Shown: positions 11,074-20,870 of the stretch, piece by piece
How the letters are laid out: each line of letters starts with the position of its first letter
Position numbering within the stretch: the first letter of the stretch is position 1
DNA from: a bacterium
Lineage (GTDB): Bacteria; Patescibacteriota; Patescibacteriia; Magasanikbacterales; GWA2-37-8
NCBI GenBank assembly: GCA_043821725.1
Contig: JBDRCM010000006.1
Span: 38,287 to 102,286, forward strand
DNA length: 64,000 bases
Direction: 5' to 3'
Position numbers and translations under genes: made by a program
Notes under the pieces: generated by a model
Database searches by the model: none
What the model saw: only the letters and a program-made list of their open reading frames with translations
Told to the model about the DNA's origin: nothing

Positions 11074-12924
11074 CTAAACAATAATTTCCTGCAATTTATC
11101 TTCGTCCTTAAAAATCATTCCAATCTCGTCTTGTTCAATTGTTTCTTTTTCCAACAATATCTTTACCATTTTTTCCATTTTATCACGATGTCCTCTTACA
11201 ACCTGTCCGGCCTTTTCTTTTGCCTCGTTAATAATCCTAATAATTTCCTTGTCAATTTCTTCAGCTGTCTTGTCGCTATAATCGCGCTGTTCATGAATAT
11301 CTCTACCAAGGAAAATCATATCTTCATGCTTGCCAAAAGTGCGAGGTCCGAGCTTTGACATGCCATAGCGAGTGACCATATCCCGCGCTATTTCAGTTGC
11401 CCTTTGTAAATCACTGCAGGGCCCGGTGGAAATATCGTGAAAAATCAACTGTTCAACAACATATCCGCCTAAAATCATAGCAAGGTCATCACTAAAATGT
11501 TCAAAGGTATTATATCGCCTGTCTTCTGTTGGCATATTGAGAGTATATCCGCCAGCTCTTCCGCGTGAAATGATTGAAACCTTTCTTACCGGATCGCAGT
11601 TTGGTAAAAAATGACCCACAATGGCGTGTCCTGCTTCGTGGTAAGCGGTCATATTTTTTTCCTTTTCACTGATTACCCTGTGCTTTCTTTCCGGACCAAG
11701 CAATACTTTTTCAATGCTTTCCAAAATTTCATCTTGGCTGACTTTTTTCTTATTGCGCCTTACCGCTAAAATGGCCGCCTCATTAAGAAGATTTTCAAGA
11801 TCAGCACCATTAAACCCCGGGGTTCGCTCTGCAATTATGCGCATTGATACTTCACGATTTAAGGGCTTATTTTTAGCATGAATACTCAATATTTCCTCCC
11901 TATCTTTAATGTCAGGCATATCCAGAGTAACGCGCCTGTAAAAACGACCGGGTCTTAACAGCGCAGGATCCAGCACATCAGGCCTGTTCGTTGCGGCCAT
12001 TACTATAACACCAATATTCGGTTCAAAACCATCCATTTCCACTAAAATTTGATTAAGTGTCTGCTCGCGCTCATCATGTCCGCCTCCGAGTCCGGCGCCT
12101 CTGCGCCTGCCTACCGCATCAATCTCATCAATAAATACAATGGCTGGCGCAGCTTTTTTGGCCTTGCCAAATAAATCTCTTACGCGGGAAGCTCCAACGC
12201 CAACAAACATTTCAACAAATTCAGACCCTGACATATTAAAAAACTGTACGTTTGCCTGTCCGGCAACTGCCTTTGCCAGCAATGTCTTGCCTGTTCCGGG
12301 TGCGCCCATGAGTAAAACGCCTTTTGGTATTTTTGCTCCCATTGCATCAAATTTCTTTGGATCGCGCAAAAATTCAACAATCTCCTGTAATTCTTCTTTA
12401 GCTTCTTTTACTCCGGCAACATCATCAAATGTTTTTTTGTCTTTTTTTTCTTTGGGATCTGTCTGCTTGGCTGAGCTCTGTCCAAATCCCATAGCGCGAT
12501 TATTCATCCCCTGCACTCCACGGGACATAAAATAGAAGAAAAGAACAAAGATAAGCAAGGGCAAAAGTATGGGAAAAAGATTCGCAGCCCAAAACTTTGC
12601 CGAATTCTCATCTTTAATTTCAACATCCAGCTCAGCGCGCACTGTATCTGAAACACCGTAATTTTTCATAATGTCACCGAATGACTCATTGGCTTCTTTT
12701 TTCGCTTCTTGAATCTTAGTGCTTCCGTCTTTCATTTCCGCGCTTACCATATTTCCCTGCACAATAATTTTTTTGACCTTGCTTTCATTTATCAATGCAA
12801 CCATTTTGCCCATGCTTATCTCTTCTTTCTTTTTTCCTTCATCAAATTTTACCATGCTGAAAATGCCCGCTATGAGCAAAATCACGATGAATATTATAAA
12901 AAAATTTTTAAAAAAATTCTTCAT
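11074..12924 (-). CDS. ftsH: ATP-dependent zinc metalloprotease FtsH
   Basis: 2 TM helices, [19 protein letters not shown]. Confidence 0.98.
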   Translation of the reverse strand: MKNFFKNFFIIFIVILLIAGIFSMVKFDEGKKKEEISMGKMVALINESKVKKIIVQGNMVSAEMKDGSTKIQEAKKEANESFGDIMKNYGVSDTVRAELDVEIKDENSAKFWAANLFPILLPLLIFVLFFYFMSRGVQGMNNRAMGFGQSSAKQTDPKEKKDKKTFDDVAGVKEAKEELQEIVEFLRDPKKFDAMGAKIPKGVLLMGAPGTGKTLLAKAVAGQANVQFFNMSGSEFVEMFVGVGASRVRDLFGKAKKAAPAIVFIDEIDAVGRRRGAGLGGGHDEREQTLNQILVEMDGFEPNIGVIVMAATNRPDVLDPALLRPGRFYRRVTLDMPDIKDREEILSIHAKNKPLNREVSMRIIAERTPGFNGADLENLLNEAAILAVRRNKKKVSQDEILESIEKVLLGPERKHRVISEKEKNMTAYHEAGHAIVGHFLPNCDPVRKVSIISRGRAGGYTLNMPTEDRRYNTFEHFSDDLAMILGGYVVEQLIFHDISTGPCSDLQRATEIARDMVTRYGMSKLGPRTFGKHEDMIFLGRDIHEQRDYSDKTAEEIDKEIIRIINEAKEKAGQVVRGHRDKMEKMVKILLEKETIEQDEIGMIFKDEDKLQEIIV

Positions 12925-12939
12925 AGCAAATAATTAAGA

Positions 12940-14256
12940 TTATTCGGCTTTTGCGCCCTTGTCAGTGGTGTTAGTGGTGTCAGTGGTGTTAGTGGTGTTA
13001 GTGGTGTCAGTGGTGTTAGTGGTGTCAGTGGTGTTAGTGGTGTTAGTGGTGTCCGGGCTTTCTGCGCCACTGCCAACGTCAACATTTTCATCTTCTTTCT
13101 TGTCATCCAGCTTTTCCCCTGTCTTATCGTTGGTTGGTTTTTCCTGCTTTATTTGTGGCTTCTTTGCTGTTATGTCCGGAAGCTTTAAACCAAGACGATG
13201 CTCGGGTGGCTCCAAAGAAACCACTTCAAACTCTCTTAAATCACCTATGTTAAATTCGTTCTTTATGCTTTCATTACCATTGGACACTTCTGAAATATGA
13301 GCAAGCCCATGAATTTCTTCGTCAAGAGCAACCATCAGCCCGAAGGGTTCTATTTTTATTATTTTTCCCTGAACTTTATCTCCGACTTTATATTTATCTT
13401 TAACTTTTTTCCATGGATCATCAACCAGTCGCTTGATTGACAAATATATTTTTGATTTGTCAAGCTGAATTATTTGCGCTTCTATATTGTCACCGACTTT
13501 CAAAACATCTCTTGGGTGGTCAATGCGCTTCCATGCAATTTCAGAAATATGAACAAGTCCTTCCAGTCCGACTCCGAACTTCACAAACGCTCCGAATGAA
13601 GTAAGAGCGCTGACTTCTCCCTCAATCTTGTTGCCGATTTTGTACGATTCAAGCACTGCTTTTTGCGAATCTTCCCAAACCGCCTTTTCTGAAACTATTA
13701 ATTTTTCCTCATTTTGATTGGCATCTATAATTTTAACTTCCAGGTCATTATTGATTAGTTCCTGTAATTTTTCCAAAATTCTAAGCTTATCGCCACCTGC
13801 CACTCGCGGATAATTGTCCGGCGACAGCTGGCTAACCGGCATAAATCCGGTTAAAGCATCAACCTGCATGATTAAACCGCCTTTGTTAGCTGCCACCACT
13901 CGTGATTTAACGGCTATGCCTTCATTCATGTATTTTTTCATATTTTCCCAAGCCCGTTTATAGCCGGCACTTCTAAAAGAAAGCTCCATCTCGCCATTTT
14001 CGTTTTCCAATTCCAAAACAGTGGCTTCAACTTTGTCGCCCACTTTTATTTCTGAATATTCCTTTGATTCTGTAAACAATTCACGACCGCGCACAACGCC
14101 GACCGTTAACCCTCTGATGTCCAATTTTATTGACCCCTTGTCAATTGAGATTACTTCGCACTCAACCACTTCATTAACTTTTGGAATGTCAACCTGATAT
14201 GACTCCAATAATGTTTGAAAGCTTGGCTGGTTGCTTGTTGGTACGTTTACATTCAT
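12940..14256 (-). CDS. rpsA: 30S ribosomal protein S1 (four S1 domains, repetitive tail)
   Basis: NKGGL, FGAFV..EGLVHISEI, GLAHISE S1 repeats. Confidence 0.9.
   Translation of the reverse strand: MNVNVPTSNQPSFQTLLESYQVDIPKVNEVVECEVISIDKGSIKLDIRGLTVGVVRGRELFTESKEYSEIKVGDKVEATVLELENENGEMELSFRSAGYKRAWENMKKYMNEGIAVKSRVVAANKGGLIMQVDALTGFMPVSQLSPDNYPRVAGGDKLRILEKLQELINNDLEVKIIDANQNEEKLIVSEKAVWEDSQKAVLESYKIGNKIEGEVSALTSFGAFVKFGVGLEGLVHISEIAWKRIDHPRDVLKVGDNIEAQIIQLDKSKIYLSIKRLVDDPWKKVKDKYKVGDKVQGKIIKIEPFGLMVALDEEIHGLAHISEVSNGNESIKNEFNIGDLREFEVVSLEPPEHRLGLKLPDITAKKPQIKQEKPTNDKTGEKLDDKKEDENVDVGSGAESPDTTNTTNTTDTTNTTDTTNTTNTTDTTNTTDKGAKAE
12961..13053 (-). repeat. 10 x 9-bp tandem repeat encoding TT(N/D) in S1 tail
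   Basis: GTYAGTGGT units; the C,T,C,T,T variant pattern occurs twice (45-bp higher-order unit). Confidence 0.95.
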
Positions 14257-14439
14257 AAATTTATTTATCTTCCATCTTTGCCTTCACTTTCGGAAATATG
14301 ACAGTAGCCAAATAGCCGTAGGAGGCAATGATTGATAACAAAAAAAGATGTTCTTATCCCCTTGTCCTGCAACCAATGGGTTGAAAGACAAACGGGTGTT
14401 TTTCACTATGGTGGAAAAACTTGTTTTTTAATTGTTTGT

Positions 14440-14468
14440 ATTATATTATATATATTACCACATGTCAA
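14440..14468 (-). promoter_or_regulatory. sigma70 promoter of rpsA
   Basis: TTGACA-17-TATAAT. Confidence 0.8.
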
Positions 14469-14504
14469 TAGAGCGCAATTAAAATATTTTCTTACGCTAA
14501 ATAT

Positions 14505-14807
14505 GAACTCATGTAGAGTTATTCAACATAATGCGCTATTACTAACGAAATGACAAATGTTAAAAAATGTCTGTCATTCTGAATCCCGACCTAGTCGGGA
14601 CTTATCCCGACCTAGTCGGGACTTATCCCGACCTAGTCGGGATGAAGAATCCCTTAAATAATTCACTTGAATTAATTTGAATGACCAGAGGGATCCTTCG
14701 CGGAGTTTATCCTCGAGCGTAGCGAAGGGCTCAGGATGACAGGTGAAGGAATCAGGATGACAGGTGACACGCTCAAGATGACATAGTGGTAAACTCTGTA
14801 TGAGTTC
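14505..14807. repeat. Family C composite REP/MITE-like element
   Basis: Ends GAACTCATGTAGAGTT / AACTCTGTATGAGTTC, flanked by TAT on both sides; internal GTCATTCTGA..TCAGGATGAC REPs and 3 x 21-bp unit containing TCCCGACCTAGTCGGGA. Confidence 0.8.
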
Positions 14808-14830
14808 TATAACTAAAAAATACATCTTTT

Positions 14831-16180
14831 ATGAAATATTTTTTACTACGATTTCTACCAGCACTGTGTTTTGTATTGATTATAGGCGGGTGTAATACGA
14901 ATAGAAATACAGTCATTATAAAACCACCTGCAAGCGCAGTATCTAACACAAACGCAAATCCAACAGCCAATGTAAACATAACTGTTGTTGCCAAATCCAC
15001 TACCTTAAATTCAACAACAACTCCAATTGCAAAAACAATTGATAAATATGATCTTTGGTCAAAAGGCGTTAAACTGCGTGGCGCCAACATCTATCAAAGG
15101 CGGGTCTATCCGGATTTAGACGGCAACTCATTCGGTCCGGGTTTGGTTGGCCCTGTTTATACTCAAAAAGATTTTGATGGTTTATCCGCTTTAGGTGCCA
15201 ACTGGGTGCAAATTGAACATCCCGGCCTATATTCTGAAAAACCACCTTATAGATTAGATGGCGAAGTGCAAATCAATCTTGATAATCTCATTAGCATGGC
15301 TTCAAAAGCAAATATGTTTGTTACAATCGCTTTTCGAACAGGCCCGGGCAGATCTGAATTCACTTTTTATGATGAGGATGATGACGATTGGTTTGATGAC
15401 AGTTATAGAAATGACAAAGTATGGAAGGATGAAACCGCCCAGCAGGCATGGGCTGACATGTGGGAGTATACAGCTGAAAGATACAAAAACAATCCAATAG
15501 TTGTTGGCTATAATCTTATGGTTGAACCGAACGGCGAGTCCAGAGCGTTTTCAGAAGAGCTATGGGAGCCAGATGAATTTTATCCAAAATACAAAAATTC
15601 CATGGCTGATTGGAATCAAATGTATCCAAAGTTGGTTTCTGCAATCAGAAAAAACGACAAGAATACGCCGATTTTAGTCGGACATATGGCTTACAATTCC
15701 GTAAATTGGCTTCCATACTTAAATGATGTAAACGGCTCAAAAATAGTTTGGATAGCGCACCAATATGAACCATACGCATATACGCATGACGCGCAATCCA
15801 ATACAAAATACCCGTCAACATTTAAATGGTATGGAGAAAAAATTATTTTAGATAAGAACTATTTGAAAACGATTTACGATCTGGCGAAAAATACAGCAAC
15901 TAAAAATAGCAGACCGCTCGCAATTGATGAATTTGGTGTTTACAGATTTAAAGAAGGCGCTTCCCAATTTCTTGAAGATAGCATGAATCTTATGGAAGAG
16001 CGCGGTACCAATTATTGCATATGGTCATGGGATTCGGCGCAAAGGGCTAAAAACTTTCCTGAAGACGATCAATTTGATTTTACAAGAGGCGCCAACAAAA
16101 AAAATCATGAACCGGTTCAAAATCCGTTGCTGGATGTTGTAAAAAAATACTGGCAAAAAAATTCTGCCAGGCCTTTTTAA
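14831..16180 (+). CDS. Glycoside hydrolase family 5-like (cellulase family) lipoprotein
   Basis: Lipobox IGG-C, Thr/Asn linker, LRGAN, GYNLMVEP (acid/base), H.YEPY, IDEFG (nucleophile). Confidence 0.85.
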   Translation: MKYFLLRFLPALCFVLIIGGCNTNRNTVIIKPPASAVSNTNANPTANVNITVVAKSTTLNSTTTPIAKTIDKYDLWSKGVKLRGANIYQRRVYPDLDGNSFGPGLVGPVYTQKDFDGLSALGANWVQIEHPGLYSEKPPYRLDGEVQINLDNLISMASKANMFVTIAFRTGPGRSEFTFYDEDDDDWFDDSYRNDKVWKDETAQQAWADMWEYTAERYKNNPIVVGYNLMVEPNGESRAFSEELWEPDEFYPKYKNSMADWNQMYPKLVSAIRKNDKNTPILVGHMAYNSVNWLPYLNDVNGSKIVWIAHQYEPYAYTHDAQSNTKYPSTFKWYGEKIILDKNYLKTIYDLAKNTATKNSRPLAIDEFGVYRFKEGASQFLEDSMNLMEERGTNYCIWSWDSAQRAKNFPEDDQFDFTRGANKKNHEPVQNPLLDVVKKYWQKNSARPF

Positions 16181-16205
16181 CAATTCTTAAACCACTGTAA
16201 TTTTT

Positions 16206-16264
16206 ATTAACGCAACGTAGCGAGGATTTTGCTGAGCGGGATCTTGGCACAGGGAGGGGTTCAT
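16206..16264 (-). repeat. Family B repeat, minimal copy
   Basis: Reverse complement ATGAACCCCTCCCTGTGCCAAGATCCCGCTCAGCAAAATCCTCGCTACGTTGCGTTAAT matches both ends of 52548-52711. Confidence 0.8.
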
Positions 16265-17004
16265 AATTCATTTGTGCGAGGAGGCAAATAGTTGGTTTGC
16301 CTTCCAAAACACATCTTGACAAAATTCCAAGCAAGAACTGCCAGTTTTATGTTAAGTTTGAATCTGCGCGATGATACAAAATACCGCAATGAGCAATCAA
16401 CCTTGATTTTACCAAACTCACTTAATCTGCGGGTCAAGTCAGCGTCTTCTCCAAATTTTAAATTCTCATCAAACCCGCGTGTTTTATCATATAATTCTTT
16501 TTTAAAAACCATGCCATTGCCGATTGGGCCCACTTTATTGAATGAAGCTATTTTGGCAAAAAACAATATGGGTCTAAAAAAAACAACGCAAGCCGCGTTC
16601 TTCAAAATAGATCCATCATAAAAATAAAACTGTCCTCCAAGACAGGCAAGATTTTCATCCTCCTCAAATCGCTTAAGCGCCTGTTGTAAAAAATCACAAG
16701 GAAGATTAGTATCAGCGTCTATCTGTACTATGTATTTGCCTTGCGCGACTTCAGCGCCTTTTTTTCTAGCGCTTCCAACGCCTCTTTTATCTTCCTTTAC
16801 CAAACTTGCTCCTTTTGAACGCACTATTTGATTGCTCATGTCTGTTGAGCCGTTGTCAACCGCTATTATGTCATAATTAAAATCGCCTTGCTGATTTTTC
16901 GCGTGTTCAAGACAAGATCCAATATATTTCTCTTCATTATATAGAGGCACGACTATGCTGAACAATATCTCATCATTTAAATTATTGTGAGCGTTAATTT
17001 TCAT
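16261..17004 (-). CDS. Glycosyltransferase family 2
   Basis: SIVVPLYNEE, VDNGSTD, IDAD, GFDE..FGED. Confidence 0.92.
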   Translation of the reverse strand: MKINAHNNLNDEILFSIVVPLYNEEKYIGSCLEHAKNQQGDFNYDIIAVDNGSTDMSNQIVRSKGASLVKEDKRGVGSARKKGAEVAQGKYIVQIDADTNLPCDFLQQALKRFEEDENLACLGGQFYFYDGSILKNAACVVFFRPILFFAKIASFNKVGPIGNGMVFKKELYDKTRGFDENLKFGEDADLTRRLSEFGKIKVDCSLRYFVSSRRFKLNIKLAVLAWNFVKMCFGRQTNYLPPRTNEL

Positions 17005-17038
17005 AAATTGAACTGAATTTTTTGTAAACCTATAATTT

Positions 17039-17264
17039 AACTCATACAGAGTTTAGCACTATGTCATTCTGAACCCTTCGCTCGCTCGAGGATAAACTCC
17101 GCGAAGAATCCCTTAGATAACGCGAGAGGGCGCGGAGTTTACCCTTGAAGGAAGTGAAGGACTCCCTCAGGATGACAGGACAGATACTCAGGATGACAGA
17201 CATTTTTTAACATTTATCATTTCGCTAGTAATAGCGCACTATGTTGAATAACTCTATATGAGTT
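17039..17264. repeat. Family C element, inverted relative to 14505-14807
   Basis: AACTCATACAGAGTT...AACTCTATATGAGTT; arms are reverse complements of the 14505 copy. Confidence 0.8.
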
Positions 17265-17416
17265 GGTTTACTATTGCCTTAGCAGTTTGATATTTCTTTT
17301 GCTTTTTAATATTTTATCACGACATCTCTATTATGATAAGGCCTTGAACAAATGGCCAAACTAAAAAACAAAAATACCTGTCTTCCTGACAGGTCTCATA
17401 CCATCTAAATACAAAA

Positions 17417-18622
17417 TTAGGCGTTTGGCACAAAATGCCGCATGATATCGTCAACTGTCACAATGCCGAGCAATCTATCATCATCATCAAGAACTGCAAC
17501 AGAATAAAGGTTGTATTTTGTAATAAGAGACGCCACTTCCAACAACTTATTGTTGACTTTAGCTGTGGGAATTTTTTTACCTTTTTTCATTATATCGCTC
17601 ATTTTCGCTTCTTTGTCAGCCAAAAGTAGCCAACGCAAAGATACCACTCCAAGAAACACATCATCCCGATCAATCACATAAACAAAATATATTGAACTGT
17701 GTATATGATTGATACGCCTAATTGTGCCCACCACTTCATTGACAGTATCTTCTGGGTAGGCAGTCAAATATTCAGTAGTCATCAAACCGCCGGCTTGGTC
17801 TTCATCATATTCAAGCATCTTTGTAACATGCTGTTTCTTTGCATCAGAAGGAAGCTCTTCCAAAATTTCACGCGACTCTCGCTCAGGCAAAAGTTGTATT
17901 AAATCTACCAATTCATCAACTGACATTTTCTGCATTACCAATGAAGCGCGCTCCGGCCCCAATTTTTCAACAAGAATCTTCTGAATACCCGGTTCAATTT
18001 CTTCCAACACGCGCGCAGCTGTTTGCTCATCCATGCTCTCCAAAAGCATACTGCCCTGATTCAAATTCATTTTTTCTATCAAATTCGCAACATCAGCCGG
18101 GTGTAGCTTATTCAAATCCCTGACTGAAGTGGAAAGCTGAATTTTATCATCAAGAAGGCGCACATCTTTCCATTCCAAAAGCTCTTTTCTGCCGATTTTA
18201 GTAATTCCCAATCGACGAAGCAAACCGGCCTGTCCTATGTCAATGGCTACCAAGCTCATTACATCCTTAATATACCCGACTTGTAAATCATTGACTCTTA
18301 CCACTCTTATTCCTTCCAAATCAACAATTTGCCTGTCCAATACGGCTTCCTTCAAATATATTACATCTTTATCAATTAAAATATCAGTAATAACTTCCTC
18401 AAGTTTTTTCTTAATTGTGATAACATTTTTTGAAAAACTTTCAATATCTTTGATTTTAATAAACCGCTTGTCTTTTTTGTTCAATTCAAAAATTACAACA
18501 CCAACAACAGGAGGATGATTTTGTGATGGCAAACTTTTTATTGCCACATCAACAACTATAGCTACTTTAGCATCAGTTTGATCCTGAACCGTAGCATTAA
18601 CAATGTTGCTTAAGTACAACAT
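17417..18622 (-). CDS. MgtE intracellular-domain / CBS-pair protein with N-terminal PRC-barrel-like region
   Basis: LDRQIVDLEG..VRVND, LHPADVA, YDEDQAGGLMTTE, GIVTVDD; no TM domain. Confidence 0.88.
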   Translation of the reverse strand: MLYLSNIVNATVQDQTDAKVAIVVDVAIKSLPSQNHPPVVGVVIFELNKKDKRFIKIKDIESFSKNVITIKKKLEEVITDILIDKDVIYLKEAVLDRQIVDLEGIRVVRVNDLQVGYIKDVMSLVAIDIGQAGLLRRLGITKIGRKELLEWKDVRLLDDKIQLSTSVRDLNKLHPADVANLIEKMNLNQGSMLLESMDEQTAARVLEEIEPGIQKILVEKLGPERASLVMQKMSVDELVDLIQLLPERESREILEELPSDAKKQHVTKMLEYDEDQAGGLMTTEYLTAYPEDTVNEVVGTIRRINHIHSSIYFVYVIDRDDVFLGVVSLRWLLLADKEAKMSDIMKKGKKIPTAKVNNKLLEVASLITKYNLYSVAVLDDDDRLLGIVTVDDIMRHFVPNA

Positions 18623-18629
18623 ATATTAT

Positions 18630-19001
18630 TCAATTTAATGTTTCCAAATATGTATTAAGTAAAATGATTGCCGACTTCTCATCCCTGCTTGCGCTTTCTG
18701 CCCCTCCCATTCTATCTGACATTTGCGAGCTAAATCTTTCATCTACAAAATTAACTTCTACGCCTGATTGTTCTTTAATTTGTTCTGCAAAATTGCGGAT
18801 CTTGCGTGTATTGTCATTTTCAGAACTGTCCAAAGATAGCGGAAGACCCAACACTATTTTATCAATTTTTTCTTTTATAATCAAATCTATAACTTCAATT
18901 GGCCCGCCTGCTTGACCATAGGGAAGAACAACGTCTGCCGATGAATTCCAGATAGCAAGGCCTATTCGCTTGGTTCCAAAATCAATTGACAATATTTTCA
19001 T
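18630..19001 (-). CDS. ruvX: YqgF/RuvX pre-16S rRNA nuclease
   Basis: IDFGTKRIGLA, LGLP, VDERFSS. Confidence 0.92.
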   Translation of the reverse strand: MKILSIDFGTKRIGLAIWNSSADVVLPYGQAGGPIEVIDLIIKEKIDKIVLGLPLSLDSSENDNTRKIRNFAEQIKEQSGVEVNFVDERFSSQMSDRMGGAESASRDEKSAIILLNTYLETLN

Positions 19002-19810
19002 ATGATTTCCTTTTGTTCATTCGGTCTTCTTGTTACGATTTTGTTGCCTCTCTTTCCTATAACCACAGTATGCTCATAATGAGCGCACAAAGAGCTGTCT
19101 GCCATTTCAATTGCCCAACCATCTGTTGCAGTGGCTATTTTATAATCGCCTAAAGACACCATTGGTTCAATGGCGATCACCATCCCGCTTTTCAATTTCC
19201 AATCCTGCAAACCCTTGTCAAAATAATTTGGAATGCGCGGCTCTTCATGAACCTCATATCCGACTCCATGCCCGACAAGATCCCGCACTATGCCATAATG
19301 ACCTTGGCTTTTTACATACTCCTCAATTGCTTTACCAATATCTGCCACGCTATTGCCGGGTTGAGCAGCTCTAATGCCCTCTTCCAGCGCCTGCTTTGTC
19401 ACTAATAATAAATCTCTGACTTCATCCGGTGCCTGTCCAATTATTATTGTTATTGATGTATCTGTATAAAAACCGCGATAATTTTTTTTAATTGGATATT
19501 CCATGCCAATATCAATGCTGAAAATATCGCCTTCTTTCAAACGCGCGCTTTTACGCGCGCAAGCATGCACCAACTGGTGATTTATAGAAGCGCAAATAGT
19601 GGAAGGAAAAGCTGATTCTTCAGGTCTGTTTCTATATCCTTTAAACGACGGCCTACCGCCTGCTTGTTGAATCATTTTTTCAGCCACCTGATCAATATCC
19701 CAAGTGCTTAATCCCGGCTTTGATATTTTAGCAAGCTTGGATAATATATTACCAAGAATTTTGCCGCCTTTTTCAATTTGTTGAATAGCTTCTTTATTCT
19801 TTATGTGCAT
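18998..19810 (-). CDS. map: Methionine aminopeptidase type I
   Basis: SIDIG, DTS.T, GHGVG..HEEP, AIEPM, AHYEHT. Confidence 0.96.
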   Translation of the reverse strand: MHIKNKEAIQQIEKGGKILGNILSKLAKISKPGLSTWDIDQVAEKMIQQAGGRPSFKGYRNRPEESAFPSTICASINHQLVHACARKSARLKEGDIFSIDIGMEYPIKKNYRGFYTDTSITIIIGQAPDEVRDLLLVTKQALEEGIRAAQPGNSVADIGKAIEEYVKSQGHYGIVRDLVGHGVGYEVHEEPRIPNYFDKGLQDWKLKSGMVIAIEPMVSLGDYKIATATDGWAIEMADSSLCAHYEHTVVIGKRGNKIVTRRPNEQKEII

Positions 19811-19826
19811 ATTATTTTGCTAATAA

Positions 19827-20089
19827 GGGTCTGTCGCCAAATACCATTTCTACTGCAATTGATAAATTATGACCAAAATCGTTTCAAAATTTCTTGGCTT
19901 ATCTTACAGATAGGCCTCAAAATTTTTTATCAAGCACTTAATATTAGGCCAAACGGTAAAGAATATCTCATATATTTTTTTCGCGCTGCCACTTCGCCGC
20001 GTCTGCGAAAAAGATATATGACATATTCTTCATCTTTATTACACTGCGTTAGTTAATTTCACTATGAAAGAGCATTTGGAGACAGACCC
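19827..20089 (-). mobile_element. Family A MITE copy 3 (263 bp, different internal hairpin cargo)
   Basis: TIRs; flanks AATAA / ACTAA (one mismatch); between adk and map. Confidence 0.88.
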
Positions 20090-20090
20090 A

Positions 20091-20759
20091 CTAAACAACG
20101 CCCAAAAGTATTTTTTCAATCAACAGTTCAACTTCGTCAATGGTTTTACTGCCATCAACTTTTTTCAGTACTCCCAATTGTCGGTAGTAATTCAGTATCT
20201 CAATCATTGCATTGTTTCCCTGTTTTTCAATTCTTCTTCTTATTATATCTTCAGAATCATCTTGCCGTTCAACAAGATTATTATTGCACTTTGGGCACGT
20301 TGCTAATTCTTTTGTTGATTCAAGCCAAGGAATTAATTCTTTGCATTGCTCGCACACACGCCTTTTTGTTAGACGGTTGAATGACTCTTCATCAGACAAA
20401 CTTACTTCCAATGCAATAAGTTCACTTTCCATCTTTATCTCTTTGATATGTTGCTGATACTTTTTTGCCTGCTCAATGTTGCGAACGGCTCCGTCCAAAA
20501 CAACTCCGCGCCCTTCATTAAAAATTTTATCCATTTCCTGAAATGCCAGATCATATATAAGCCAATCAGGAACTAACTTACCCTGTTTCATTTCCAAAAG
20601 AGCTTTTTTTTGCTTTTCATTGGCATTGCCATTGGCCTGAAGCGCCCGCAACAAATCACCGGTTGAAATATGGCCGTAATTGTATTTTTCAGCTATTTTT
20701 TTGGCTTGAGTTCCCTTGCCACTGCCCGGAGATCCTATCATTATGATTATTTTTTTCAT
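20091..20759 (-). CDS. adk: Adenylate kinase (Zn-lid type)
   Basis: GSPGSGKGTQA, HISTGDLLR, CxxC..CxxC lid, RQDD. Confidence 0.95.
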   Translation of the reverse strand: MKKIIIMIGSPGSGKGTQAKKIAEKYNYGHISTGDLLRALQANGNANEKQKKALLEMKQGKLVPDWLIYDLAFQEMDKIFNEGRGVVLDGAVRNIEQAKKYQQHIKEIKMESELIALEVSLSDEESFNRLTKRRVCEQCKELIPWLESTKELATCPKCNNNLVERQDDSEDIIRRRIEKQGNNAMIEILNYYRQLGVLKKVDGSKTIDEVELLIEKILLGVV

Positions 20760-20870
20760 ATTTTGGCTAAAATTACGATAATATTATATCACAGAGATTT
20801 ATTTCTCGCAACCATTCATTAAAAAATCCGGCCAATAACCGGATCTTAAATATAATGACAAATTATTTTT

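Noticed and set aside
14583-14645. 3 x 21-bp palindromic repeat as a CRISPR array
   Set aside because: Units are contiguous with no unique spacers, there are no cas genes, and it lies inside a REP-like element
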